DNA of 64,000 nt from the IMG/VR virus record IMGVR_UViG_3300031555_001696. One strand, 5' to 3'. Below are positions 44,077 to 51,848 of the stretch, piece after piece; within the stretch, counting starts at the first letter, position 1; every line of letters starts with the position of its first letter. Below the pieces are notes generated by a model. It made no database searches. It was given only the letters and a program-made list of their open reading frames with translations, and was not told where the DNA came from. The position numbers were made by a program, and so were the translations under genes. Origin of the DNA: a virus (Duplodnaviria > Caudoviricetes).

Positions 44077-44895
44077 ATGAGTGATAAGTATACTTTATTT
44101 GCGTGTTCTGATATCCATAGTGCATATACACCGTGGATGAAAGCACTAAACGCAGCAGGATTTGATGAAAATAATCCTAAACATAAAATCGTAGTATGCG
44201 GAGATTTGTTTGACAGAATGGACGAATCCCTGCGGGTATATGATTTTGTTGAGGATATGTTGAAAAAGAATAAATTAATTTATATTTTAGGCAATCACGA
44301 AAGTCTGATGACAGAGTGTATTGAACGTGGTTATCCTGCTAGACACGATTGGAGTAATGGTACGGCAAAGTCTATCATTGACCTAGCTCCGCATGCAGAG
44401 AGTTTTTATGATGCATGTCATGTTGTATATGATAAAGTTACGCCTTTGTTTGAAAAAGCTGTAAATTATTTTGAAACTAAAAATTATATTTTTGTACACG
44501 GATGGATTCCGCTGACTTGTAAAGATAATTTACCTTATTATTATACTAGAAATAGAAAGTTTGAGTTTAATCCAGATTGGCGTCATGCACATTTCTCCGA
44601 ATGGGAACAAGCTCGTTGGCTAAATGGTATGGATATGGCGAGTAAAGGCTTGGTTGAACCTGGGAAGACTATAATTTGCGGACATTGGCATTGTAGTTAT
44701 GGACACTATATGCAAGCTATGAGAGACGCTATCGCTGCGGGAAATAGTGCTTTTGACGTTGAGATGGATGAATTTGGCGATACTGCAATTTGGGATCCTT
44801 ATTACGATGATGGTATTATTGCCATCGACAAGTGTGTAGCTTATACAAATGAAATCAATGTATTAAGGTTAGAAGACGAATTTTTGGAGGAATAA
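44077..44895 (+). CDS. Calcineurin-like metallophosphoesterase
   Basis: SDIHS, CGDLFDR, GNHE, FVHG and GHWH motifs. Confidence 0.9.
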   Translation: MSDKYTLFACSDIHSAYTPWMKALNAAGFDENNPKHKIVVCGDLFDRMDESLRVYDFVEDMLKKNKLIYILGNHESLMTECIERGYPARHDWSNGTAKSIIDLAPHAESFYDACHVVYDKVTPLFEKAVNYFETKNYIFVHGWIPLTCKDNLPYYYTRNRKFEFNPDWRHAHFSEWEQARWLNGMDMASKGLVEPGKTIICGHWHCSYGHYMQAMRDAIAAGNSAFDVEMDEFGDTAIWDPYYDDGIIAIDKCVAYTNEINVLRLEDEFLEE

Positions 44896-45050
44896 TGAAA
44901 AAGCTATCTATAGAAGAAAGAGTAGAATTTTTACGATGGAATGGGTTTAATCCTATACATTTATGGGGTAATATATATCTTGTTCGATATTGGTCTAAAA
45001 GAATCTCAGACTGGCCATTTTATACGATTAAAATTTTCAAGGAATAGGGC

Positions 45051-45079
45051 TTGACAAATCAAAAAAGATGTGATATAAT
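45051..45079 (+). promoter_or_regulatory. SigA-type promoter (near-identical copies at 45450, 45527, 45939, 48547, 49206, 51787, 54111, 59636)
   Basis: TTGACA-N16/17-TATAAT, usually with an extended -10 TG. Confidence 0.8.
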
Positions 45080-45583
45080 ACGGCCAGTTCAAAAGAACAA
45101 AACAAAATTAATTAAAGAGGTAAAGATTATGAGTTATTTTGCAATCGAATCCAATCAGAAGTGTTATGAGCATGTGTTGATCAAGGACAATAACGGCAAT
45201 GCCGTGTTTAAGAACTATTTAGACATGACGTACGATGAAATGAAGGATCAAGAGGATCTTGAGGAGTTTGTAGTTGCTGTTATGGAAGCTGCTAGTGAAG
45301 AAGGCGCACAGACTATTGTAACTCTTATTGGTGACGATGATGTGTTTATTTGGAGCATTATCATCGGTATGGATGGCGAGGATCTGAGATACGTACTGGT
45401 GGATTGGAAAAAGGACGGCAAGAGTTATAGATATGAGCCCGAAGGGGACTTGACAAATTAAGGAAAATATGATATAATACCGACAGTTCAGTTGAGAGCC
45501 ATTCAATCGTGAGATTAAGAAGGGGCTTGACAAATTGGAAAAGATGTGGTATAATACAAACACATTAAACGATACAAAATTAA

Positions 45584-45961
45584 TTGAAAGGAACAAGAAA
45601 GATGATTAAGTATTTTGTAAACGAAGAGAAGCGGCAGGTTATCGGTCTACTAGAAAACACCAGGTGGGATGCAGTTAGAAAGATTAACAAGATGATTGCT
45701 GATACCGATTTTTGTTTCTGTCCTAGTGAGAAATATTGGATGCCTAACGAGTACCGAGTGGTAGTTCAGTGCGATGACCGAGACGAGTTTAATCCCGAAG
45801 TTGGCAAGAAGATTGCGAAGCAGCGAATTCTAGATCGGTATTATCCGGCACTAGATAAGCGGGTCAACAAGTTTTTTGATGCTGCACTAGTGTTCAATGG
45901 CAAGGTATTTAAGACTCCTGCGGAGCTCAAAGAAGCACTTGACAAATTAAAAGTTTTGTGA
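45584..45961 (+). CDS. Hypothetical protein
   Basis: 125-aa ORF with CDDRDEFNPEVGKKIA motif, downstream of tandem promoters. Confidence 0.7.
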   Translation: MKGTRKMIKYFVNEEKRQVIGLLENTRWDAVRKINKMIADTDFCFCPSEKYWMPNEYRVVVQCDDRDEFNPEVGKKIAKQRILDRYYPALDKRVNKFFDAALVFNGKVFKTPAELKEALDKLKVL

Positions 45962-46051
45962 TATAATCCTAACAGTTCAAAATTAATGGAAGGCAACAAT
46001 GTTTGAGGGTTGCTGATGTCGGCTGGTGAGGTTCTGGTTGGCAAAGAATAA

Positions 46052-46126
46052 GGGCCCATAGCTCAAAGGAAGAGCTCCCGGCTCATAACCGGGTGGTTGC
46101 AATGTCAGGATTTGCTGGGCCCACCA
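46052..46126 (+). tRNA. tRNA-Ile2/Met (CAT), atypical T-loop
   Basis: GGGCCCA/TGGGCCC acceptor; CCCGG-CTCATAA-CCGGG anticodon arm; ACCA end. Confidence 0.75.
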
Positions 46127-46130
46127 CCAT

Positions 46131-46207
46131 GGCAACATAGTTTACGCTGGATAAAACATAGCCGTCCGAAGGCTAGAAAGATGGATCGTCACCATCTGTT
46201 GTCACCA
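46131..46207 (+). tRNA. tRNA-Arg (CCG), atypical T-loop
   Basis: GGCAACA/TGTTGTC acceptor; TAGCC-GTCCGAA-GGCTA; ACCA end. Confidence 0.75.
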
Positions 46208-46211
46208 ATTC

Positions 46212-46338
46212 GACCCGCTAGCTCAGTTGGTTCAGAGCACCGCCCTTTTGTCAGATGCAGGTTAGCTTCACTCAGTCCGATTCTGAGATCTGGTGCCAAA
46301 GGCGGGTGTCCTGGGTTCGAATCCCAGGCGGGTCACCA
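46212..46338 (+). tRNA. tRNA-Lys (TTT) interrupted by a 49-nt tRNA-like insert (46250-46298)
   Basis: Removing the insert gives a canonical 78-nt cloverleaf with CCGCC-CTTTTAA-GGCGG, TTCGAAT T-loop and ACCA end. Confidence 0.8.
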
Positions 46339-46430
46339 CTAAATTATTTGACAAAAGATGACTGCATATTAGAAACAACAAAATACAATAACATATCGCA
46401 TCATCGCAGATTTATCGCGAAGGTGATTAT

Positions 46431-47192
46431 GTGATTGGTATTTATAAAATTGAAAATTTGATAAATGGTAAAGTTTATATTGGTCAGTCAAGAAACATTG
46501 AAAAGAGGTGGACGGCTCATCGAACTAGACCATTTAATCAGAACTCAAAACAATATGATTTAGCGCTATATCGTTCTATTAGAAAATATGGGCTTGAAAA
46601 TTTTAGCTTTGTAGTTTTGGAAGAAACATTAATCGAAGATTTAGATAATAGAGAAAAATATTGGATTGAATATTATGACTCTCACAACAAAGAAAAAGGA
46701 TACAATTTGACGGATGGTGGTAACTCTGCAACGTCTACAATATTGACCAAAAAACAGGTTGATGAAATTAAACTTCTACTTGAAACAGATATGTCACAAC
46801 AAGATATTGCAGATAAATATAATGTTGATCAAAGGTCTATCAGTTATATAAATACAGGTGAAACTTGGATAGATCAGGGAAGAACATATCCTATTCGGTC
46901 ATTTTCAATATTGGCAAGCAACAAAAAATATTATTGTCAAAATTGCGGCAAAGAAATTGTAACAAAAAACGCTACTTTATGTGTTGACTGTTACAGTGCT
47001 TCTAGAAGAAAAGTTGATCGTGCTAGTCGAGATGAATTGAAACATTTAGTAAGAACAACATCATTTTTACAAATAGGAAAGATATACGGAATTTCAGATA
47101 CTGTAATTCGTAAGTGGTGCAGATCATATGGAATTCCATATAAACATAAAGAAATTAAATCTTATTCTGATGAAGAGTGGGATGAAATTTAA
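46431..47192 (+). CDS. GIY-YIG homing endonuclease in the tRNA cluster
   Basis: IGIYKIENLINGKVYIGQS...R...E...GYNLTDGG, followed by HTH and Zn-finger segments. Confidence 0.9.
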   Translation: MIGIYKIENLINGKVYIGQSRNIEKRWTAHRTRPFNQNSKQYDLALYRSIRKYGLENFSFVVLEETLIEDLDNREKYWIEYYDSHNKEKGYNLTDGGNSATSTILTKKQVDEIKLLLETDMSQQDIADKYNVDQRSISYINTGETWIDQGRTYPIRSFSILASNKKYYCQNCGKEIVTKNATLCVDCYSASRRKVDRASRDELKHLVRTTSFLQIGKIYGISDTVIRKWCRSYGIPYKHKEIKSYSDEEWDEI

Positions 47193-47247
47193 AAAACATA
47201 AATGTCATGCTTGGGCTTATTGCCGACTGAAAAATACAATCCTATAT

Positions 47248-47401
47248 ATCCCAGTAGCTCAGTCGAATAGAGCAACTGCCTTCGTCAACTTGGAGGAAAT
47301 GGAAACTCACTATCGCTAAGTAGATAGAGATTATTGGTTCAAGTCCAATAGTTGGCACCATAAGCAGTAGGTCACAGGTTTGAGTCCTGTCTGGGATACC
47401 A
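47248..47401 (+). tRNA. tRNA-Arg (TCT) interrupted by a complete nested 77-nt tRNA-like gene (47284-47360)
   Basis: Removing the insert gives a 77-nt cloverleaf: ATCCCAG/CTGGGAT acceptor, ACTGC-CTTCTAA-GCAGT anticodon arm, ACCA end. Confidence 0.82.
47284..47360 (+). tRNA. Nested tRNA-like element with an 8-nt anticodon loop (GCTAAGTA)
   Basis: GTCAACT/AGTTGGC acceptor, GAG/CTC D-stem, CTATC/GATAG anticodon stem, ATTGG-TTCAAGT-CCAAT T-arm, ACCA end. Confidence 0.75.
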
Positions 47402-47406
47402 AATAT

Positions 47407-47484
47407 GGCCCATTAGACAAGTTGGCTACAGTCACCAGCCCTTCACGCTGGAATTCGAGAGTTCGAATCTCTCATGGGTCACCA
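47407..47484 (+). tRNA. tRNA-Glu (TTC)
   Basis: GGCCCAT/ATGGGTC acceptor; CCAGC-CCTTCAC-GCTGG; TTCGAAT T-loop; ACCA end. Confidence 0.88.
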
Positions 47485-47709
47485 AATTCCAGACGACCGG
47501 AAAATCGGATGCCGGCATCTAACGATGTATGAGTGGAGTAATTCGTCACTCCTGGAATAATTAATTAAATTGCATTGATATGGGTGCCACGAAGCTCAAT
47601 AAGACGCCCTAAGAAAGGCGCAACGAGTTCCTGTGTATGGTAGTATTTACCGAACAGAGAAGCTGTGGTAAATGGAGTGAAATGAACAGCCCATATCCGC
47701 AATATATAT

Positions 47710-47785
47710 GCCGTAGTAGCTCAATTGGTAGAGTACGAGTTTTCCAAACTTGGGGTTGCGGGACCATGCCCCGTCTACGGCTCCA
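47710..47785 (+). tRNA. tRNA-Gly (TCC), atypical T-loop
   Basis: GCCGTAG/CTACGGC acceptor; CGAGT-TTTCCAA-ACTTG; TCCA end. Confidence 0.82.
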
Positions 47786-47829
47786 AATAGATTCCGGTCT
47801 ATTAATCTACGAAACGGAGGACTTTGCCT

Positions 47830-47877
47830 ATGATTGTCTGCAGCAAATCTAACAAGGAGGATAATCCTCCCGCTTAG
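47830..47877 (+). CDS. 15-aa micro-ORF MIVCSKSNKEDNPPA
   Basis: GGAGG RBS at 47816-47820; paralog at 50401. Confidence 0.5.
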   Translation: MIVCSKSNKEDNPPA

Positions 47878-47919
47878 TAGTGGGTTTGGCCGTTCCCGGT
47901 AAAAACGGCCAGTAAATAT

Positions 47920-48030
47920 GAAGCAGTATCCAAGTGACCAAAGGAGCCCAACCGGTAAGCTGGGTGCGTATAACGGTTATCCTAGGTAGTATGTGCGCTT
48001 CGCAGGTTTGAATCCTGTCCTGCTTCACCA
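47920..48030 (+). tRNA. Atypical Tyr-like tRNA with an irregular anticodon arm and an enlarged variable arm
   Basis: GAAGCAG/CTGCTTC acceptor, CCAAAGG D-loop, GTA in the loop, GCAGG-TTTGAAT-CCTGT T-arm, ACCA end; 111 nt. Confidence 0.55.
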
Positions 48031-48039
48031 AGTAAATAT

Positions 48040-48134
48040 GGCGAGATACCGAAGTGGTCATAACGGCCTGGCCTTGAAAGCCTGTGTGTCGGCTTCGATC
48101 CGACTCGGGGGTTCGAATCCCTCTCTCGCCGCCA
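48040..48134 (+). tRNA. tRNA-Ser (TGA)
   Basis: GGCGAGA/TCTCGCC acceptor; CTTGAAA loop; long variable arm; GCCA end. Confidence 0.88.
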
Positions 48135-48302
48135 GCCCGTTAGGGACTTTTTGAACTGACTATAAATCTCACACAACGCTACCTGGGTGTCATACGGGTT
48201 GATTGAATAAAGGTGTTGTTTATGTTTGAGGTTAGCTACCTCCAGGCTTAGCAGTGCCGTGGGATTGGAAAAGTTGCGAACTACCAGTCATTAAACTGCT
48301 AA

Positions 48303-48531
48303 TATGTGGTGGCGGAATAGACAACTCAAAAGGTTGGTAAAACTGAACGAACAAAGATATTGATAAATGTCAGAGATTGTGTAAGTAATAGTAGACGCAC
48401 GAAGGGTATCGTGGAAATGCAAGGTTGCACGCCGAATCAAAGCTACCAGGAGTGAGGTATCGCCTGTAAGCTATAAGACTTATAGTGTAAAACCAGTATT
48501 TTCATGTGAGGTGCAAATCCTCACCCACATA
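48303..48531 (+). ncRNA. Expanded tRNA-like RNA (~230 nt)
   Basis: TATGTGG/CCACATA termini; Leu-type D-arm halves GGCGGAATAG and GTAGACGC; TGAGG-TGCAAAT-CCTCA T-arm; two large insertions. Confidence 0.55.
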
Positions 48532-48610
48532 ACAAAAAACGCCCTCTTGACAAAATGAGAATTGTATGATATAATACGCACAGTTCAAGAGAACCATACA
48601 AAATTAATAT

Positions 48611-48682
48611 TGGGGAGTCGTCAAGCGGTAAGACATAACACTTTGACTGTTACATTCGGGAGTTCGAATCTCTCCTCCCCAG
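48611..48682 (+). tRNA. tRNA-Gln (TTG), no encoded CCA
   Basis: TGGGGAG/CTCCCCA acceptor; TAACA-CTTTGAC-TGTTA; TTCGAAT T-loop. Confidence 0.9.
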
Positions 48683-48683
48683 C

Positions 48684-48740
48684 GTTCTACATATTCCAAG
48701 CCTCCACGTGGCGTAGAATGGGTAATGCTAATTGGAATAT
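48684..48740 (+). ncRNA. Minimal HDV-like (theta) self-cleaving ribozyme at the tRNA-Gln 3' end
   Basis: P1 GTTCTAC/GTAGAAT (G.U first pair), P2 ATATTCCAA/TTGGAATAT, P3 GCC/GGC, L3 TCCACGT, GG for P1.1, J4/2 GCTAA. Confidence 0.85.
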
Positions 48741-48750
48741 AATTTAATAT

Positions 48751-48829
48751 CGGGATGTAGGGGAAGAGGAACCCCGCTCGGTCTGGGCCCGAGACATTAC
48801 TGCGTCTTCGAGTGGCGTCATCCCGACCA
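48751..48829 (+). tRNA. tRNA-Pro (TGG)
   Basis: CGGGATG/CATCCCG acceptor; CTCGG-TCTGGGC-CCGAG; ACCA end. Confidence 0.8.
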
Positions 48830-48855
48830 TAAAAAATACAAAAAGGAGATTTAAT

Positions 48856-49196
48856 ATGTTTGACGAAAATGGTGATTTTGTTCTGAAGGTTAAATTTCAG
48901 GATACGTACAAGGCACTTGCAAACTATATCAACCATGGTCTTGGTATTAAACGTGATGATGTAGAAAGGTATCTTGAAGATTTTGCTCGTAAGGTTGTAA
49001 ATGAATATGATTTTTCCCTGTAGTTAAACGAGTAATAGATGAGAAGATGACGCAGGTATTTAGAGAAAAATATTCTTATTTGCCAGATAAAGGCTTGAAG
49101 TCTTATCTTGAAAAAGTCGTAAAGGATGAAATCTCTAGACAGGTATCTGAAACTGTAAAAGAACAAGTCAAAGTGGTTCTGAAAGAACAGCAATAA
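48856..49196 (+). pseudogene. Frameshifted hypothetical gene
   Basis: AAGGAG RBS; 55-codon ORF stops at 49023; the -1 frame continues coding-like from GATTTTTCCCTG to TAA at 49196. Confidence 0.5.
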
Positions 49197-49281
49197 AAAT
49201 ACCTCTTGACAAATCGAAAAATTTATGATATAATACAGACGCTTTAAAAGAAACAACACAAAATTAATGGAGGAATTAAAA

Positions 49282-49935
49282 ATGACTACTGAAAAGATGA
49301 CTGTACATCGCGCCCTGTCTGAACTCAAGGTAATTGATGATCGTATCTCTAAGGCGATCCGTGAAACCACCTATGTTTTAGCAGTTAAGCACTCTGCCGA
49401 AAAGATCAACGGCAAGACTGTTCAGAACTTCAAGGAAGATATGCGTAGCGGCTACCAGAAGGTTACCGATCTAATTGCTCGTCGTGATGCAATGAAGAGA
49501 GCGGTTGTGCTTTCCAACGCAACTACCAAGGTTACCATCGGTGGTAAGGAAATGACTGTGGCTGAAGCCATTGAACAACATAACCACGGAATGGAATTCA
49601 AGGCAGCTCTACTGCGCCAGATGAACTCTGCTTATGTTTCTGCTCAGAACGAACTGAACCGTAATGGTGGTGAGGCTCTGGAAAAGAAGGCAGAACAGTA
49701 TGTGCTAGCAGTGATTGCCGCACAACCCAAGGAATCTAAGATGTCTGTTGACAGCGATGTAATGAAGGCACTTCGCAAGACTTACATCGAGAACAATACT
49801 TATGATCTTGTAGATCCTATGGATATTGCAAAGGTCATTGAGGCTCTGGATGTTGAAATCAATGAGTTCAATGCAGAAGTTGACGCTGCACTAAGCTGCT
49901 CAAATGCACTAACTGTTATTGAGTTCGAGTATTAA
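49282..49935 (+). CDS. Helical/coiled-coil hypothetical protein upstream of a large ncRNA
   Basis: MTTEKMTVHRALSELKVIDDRI...EVDAALSCSNALTVIEF; own SigA promoter at 49206. Confidence 0.8.
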   Translation: MTTEKMTVHRALSELKVIDDRISKAIRETTYVLAVKHSAEKINGKTVQNFKEDMRSGYQKVTDLIARRDAMKRAVVLSNATTKVTIGGKEMTVAEAIEQHNHGMEFKAALLRQMNSAYVSAQNELNRNGGEALEKKAEQYVLAVIAAQPKESKMSVDSDVMKALRKTYIENNTYDLVDPMDIAKVIEALDVEINEFNAEVDAALSCSNALTVIEFEY

Positions 49936-49942
49936 GTAAACT

Positions 49943-50371
49943 AACTTGCTGCTTAACGAAAACTTTAAACGACTGCTTATCTCTTCTTTTTTAATCATTT
50001 AGAGTGATATTAATAAGGTAAAGAAAATGATTACTAATAGCCTTCAAGGCACAAGCCTGCTAAGCTTACTAAAAACAATGATCTTTTATGATGAGAAGAT
50101 TATTATTACAATACATAATATTATTGGATATGTATATTAATAATGAAATTGACTGTAAAGATTAACGTTAAAAGCTCAAGGTTTAAGGCTCAAGACTCAA
50201 GGTTTATTTTTAGTCAAAGGTCGTTCATTAAAGATATAAAGAGGGCTAAGAAATTTCGAATATTATTGTAATACGAATCGAGCCCACAAAGTTTTGCAAA
50301 ATCCACGATTATAGGTTTGGGTTAGTAGTCTAGGCCCTAAAGTTGACCTCGTGGCTGTTAAGTAGCAAGTT
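49943..50371 (+). ncRNA. Putative ~430-nt structured RNA with internal heptamer repeats
   Basis: 15-bp closing stem AACTTGCTGCTTAAC/GTTAAGTAGCAAGTT; seven tandem AANNNNN heptamers at 50157-50205; no ORF. Confidence 0.6.
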
Positions 50372-50400
50372 CGAAATAATCCAAAGGAGGATATTTGCTT

Positions 50401-50448
50401 ATGATTGTATTCGCTAAATCCAACTTGGAGGAAAATCCGCCCAACTAA
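50401..50448 (+). CDS. 15-aa micro-ORF MIVFAKSNLEENPPN
   Basis: GGAGG RBS at 50386-50390; paralog at 47830. Confidence 0.5.
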   Translation: MIVFAKSNLEENPPN

Positions 50449-50485
50449 GCGGCGTCCTGGGCATGACGTTACAACTGCCCAATAT

Positions 50486-50562
50486 TGCGGAGTGGAGCAG
50501 TTGGTAGCTCGTTAGCCTCATAAGCTAAAGGTCGTTGGTTCAAGTCCAACCTCTCGCAACCA
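50486..50562 (+). tRNA. tRNA-Met (CAT), initiator-like body
   Basis: TGCGGAG acceptor with a bulge; TTAGC-CTCATAA-GCTAA; TTCAAGT T-loop; ACCA end. Confidence 0.8.
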
Positions 50563-50565
50563 AAT

Positions 50566-50658
50566 GCCGGGGTATTCGAACTGGAACAGAAAACAGACTT
50601 AAAATCTGTCGGTGCGATCACATCAAGCTTGCGGGTCCGAATCCCGTCCCCGGTACCA
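50566..50658 (+). tRNA. tRNA-Leu (TAA)
   Basis: GCCGGGG/CCCCGGT acceptor; ACAGA-CTTAAAA-TCTGT; long variable arm; ACCA end. Confidence 0.85.
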
Positions 50659-50661
50659 TAT

Positions 50662-50745
50662 ACAGGTGTGCGTGGAATTGGTAGACAGGACGGTCTCAAA
50701 ATCCGTTGTTTATACGTGTGGGTTCAAGTCCCACCACCTGTACCA
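50662..50745 (+). tRNA. tRNA-Leu (CAA)
   Basis: ACAGGTG/CACCTGT acceptor; CTCAAAA loop; TTCAAGT T-loop; ACCA end. Confidence 0.82.
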
Positions 50746-50829
50746 CCTGAACAAATGGCATAGTGTTATGTGTGGCTGACCAACCTTAAGGTCATTAACA
50801 TTAACTTTTTAAAGGAGAAATTAAACAAA

Positions 50830-51105
50830 ATGGAATGGTTTAAGCACAAGAAGCCGGTTGATTTTATCGAATCTAAGATGTCTAAGCTACATGCTCTACA
50901 GGACGAATCTAATGACGCAATTGATCTTGTTAGTCGTACAATTAAGCGACTCGAACTTGCCAATCAGGAAACATTAAACACTATTAGCGAGATTGATGAT
51001 TATTGTTCAAGCCTACAAGATGTACGTGACAGTTTGAATAAAAATTATACTCACAATTCCGCTGTTATCTCTAATTTTTCTAAGCTCATTGAAGTAGAAA
51101 ATTAA
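50830..51105 (+). CDS. Small coiled-coil hypothetical protein
   Basis: ATG after the AAGGAG RBS; followed by a hairpin at ~51114. Confidence 0.65.
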   Translation: MEWFKHKKPVDFIESKMSKLHALQDESNDAIDLVSRTIKRLELANQETLNTISEIDDYCSSLQDVRDSLNKNYTHNSAVISNFSKLIEVEN

Positions 51106-51142
51106 ATTAAATATAGGGGTGTTAACTACGCCCCTAATCTAT

Positions 51143-51217
51143 GCTGGTATAGCTCAGCGGCAGAGCGACGGATTTGTAATCCGTAGGTCGGGATCTCGGA
51201 ATTCCCTACCAGCTCCA
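51143..51217 (+). tRNA. tRNA-Thr (TGT), atypical T-loop
   Basis: GCTGGTA/TACCAGC acceptor; ACGGA-TTTGTAA-TCCGT; TCCA end. Confidence 0.82.
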
Positions 51218-51848
51218 TCATTAAATAAAAGGCAGGTAACAAAAATGCATAACGAACAGATAGCAATTGAACGACAGAGCATGCAAGATGAAATTCTAAG
51301 ACTTAAAACTATGTTGCAGGACATGGAGACAGACTGGGCGGAATGTGCCAGAACAGGAAAATCTCAGTGTTTCTTCTGTGCTTATGACGACACTTGCGAT
51401 GGGCGAGATTGCAATTTTGTTTGGTTGCCAACACAACTAAGGAGGAAGTAATATGACTACTATCGAAGCACTAAAAGTACGCATTAACATTCTACAGAAT
51501 AGAGATCCTGTAACTAATGAAAAAATCATTCGGAAGCTGCGCAGACGAGTTCGTGCATTGGAGAAGACCAATGCGTGATCTAGAACATCCAGAGATTACA
51601 TGTGCTCTTCAGACGGGCTACCCATCATGGGCTCAACCCAAAGAATATAACTGTGAAAACTGCGGATGCGATTTATATCTTGATGAAATTTATGACGACT
51701 TACACCACGATTATTTGTGTGAAGAATGTCTATTGCAACTTCATCGTAAACGCCTGTGGGAGTAATCCTGCAGGCTATTTTTATACTTGACAAATTCAAA
51801 ATATATGCTATAATAACAATACAAAATTAATGTAAGGAGGTAATTCAA

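Noticed and set aside
46250-47360. Group I introns as the tRNA inserts
   Set aside because: The inserts are only 49 and 77 nt, end in CCA rather than a terminal G, and fold as tRNA mimics.
48228-48243. GAGGTTAGCTACCTC as a preQ1-I riboswitch
   Set aside because: Only superficial similarity: no A-rich 3' tail and no downstream queuosine-related gene.
46097-48936. ORFs overlapping tRNA genes (46097, 47637, 47849, 47982, 48562, 48604)
   Set aside because: Artefacts of GC-rich RNA genes.
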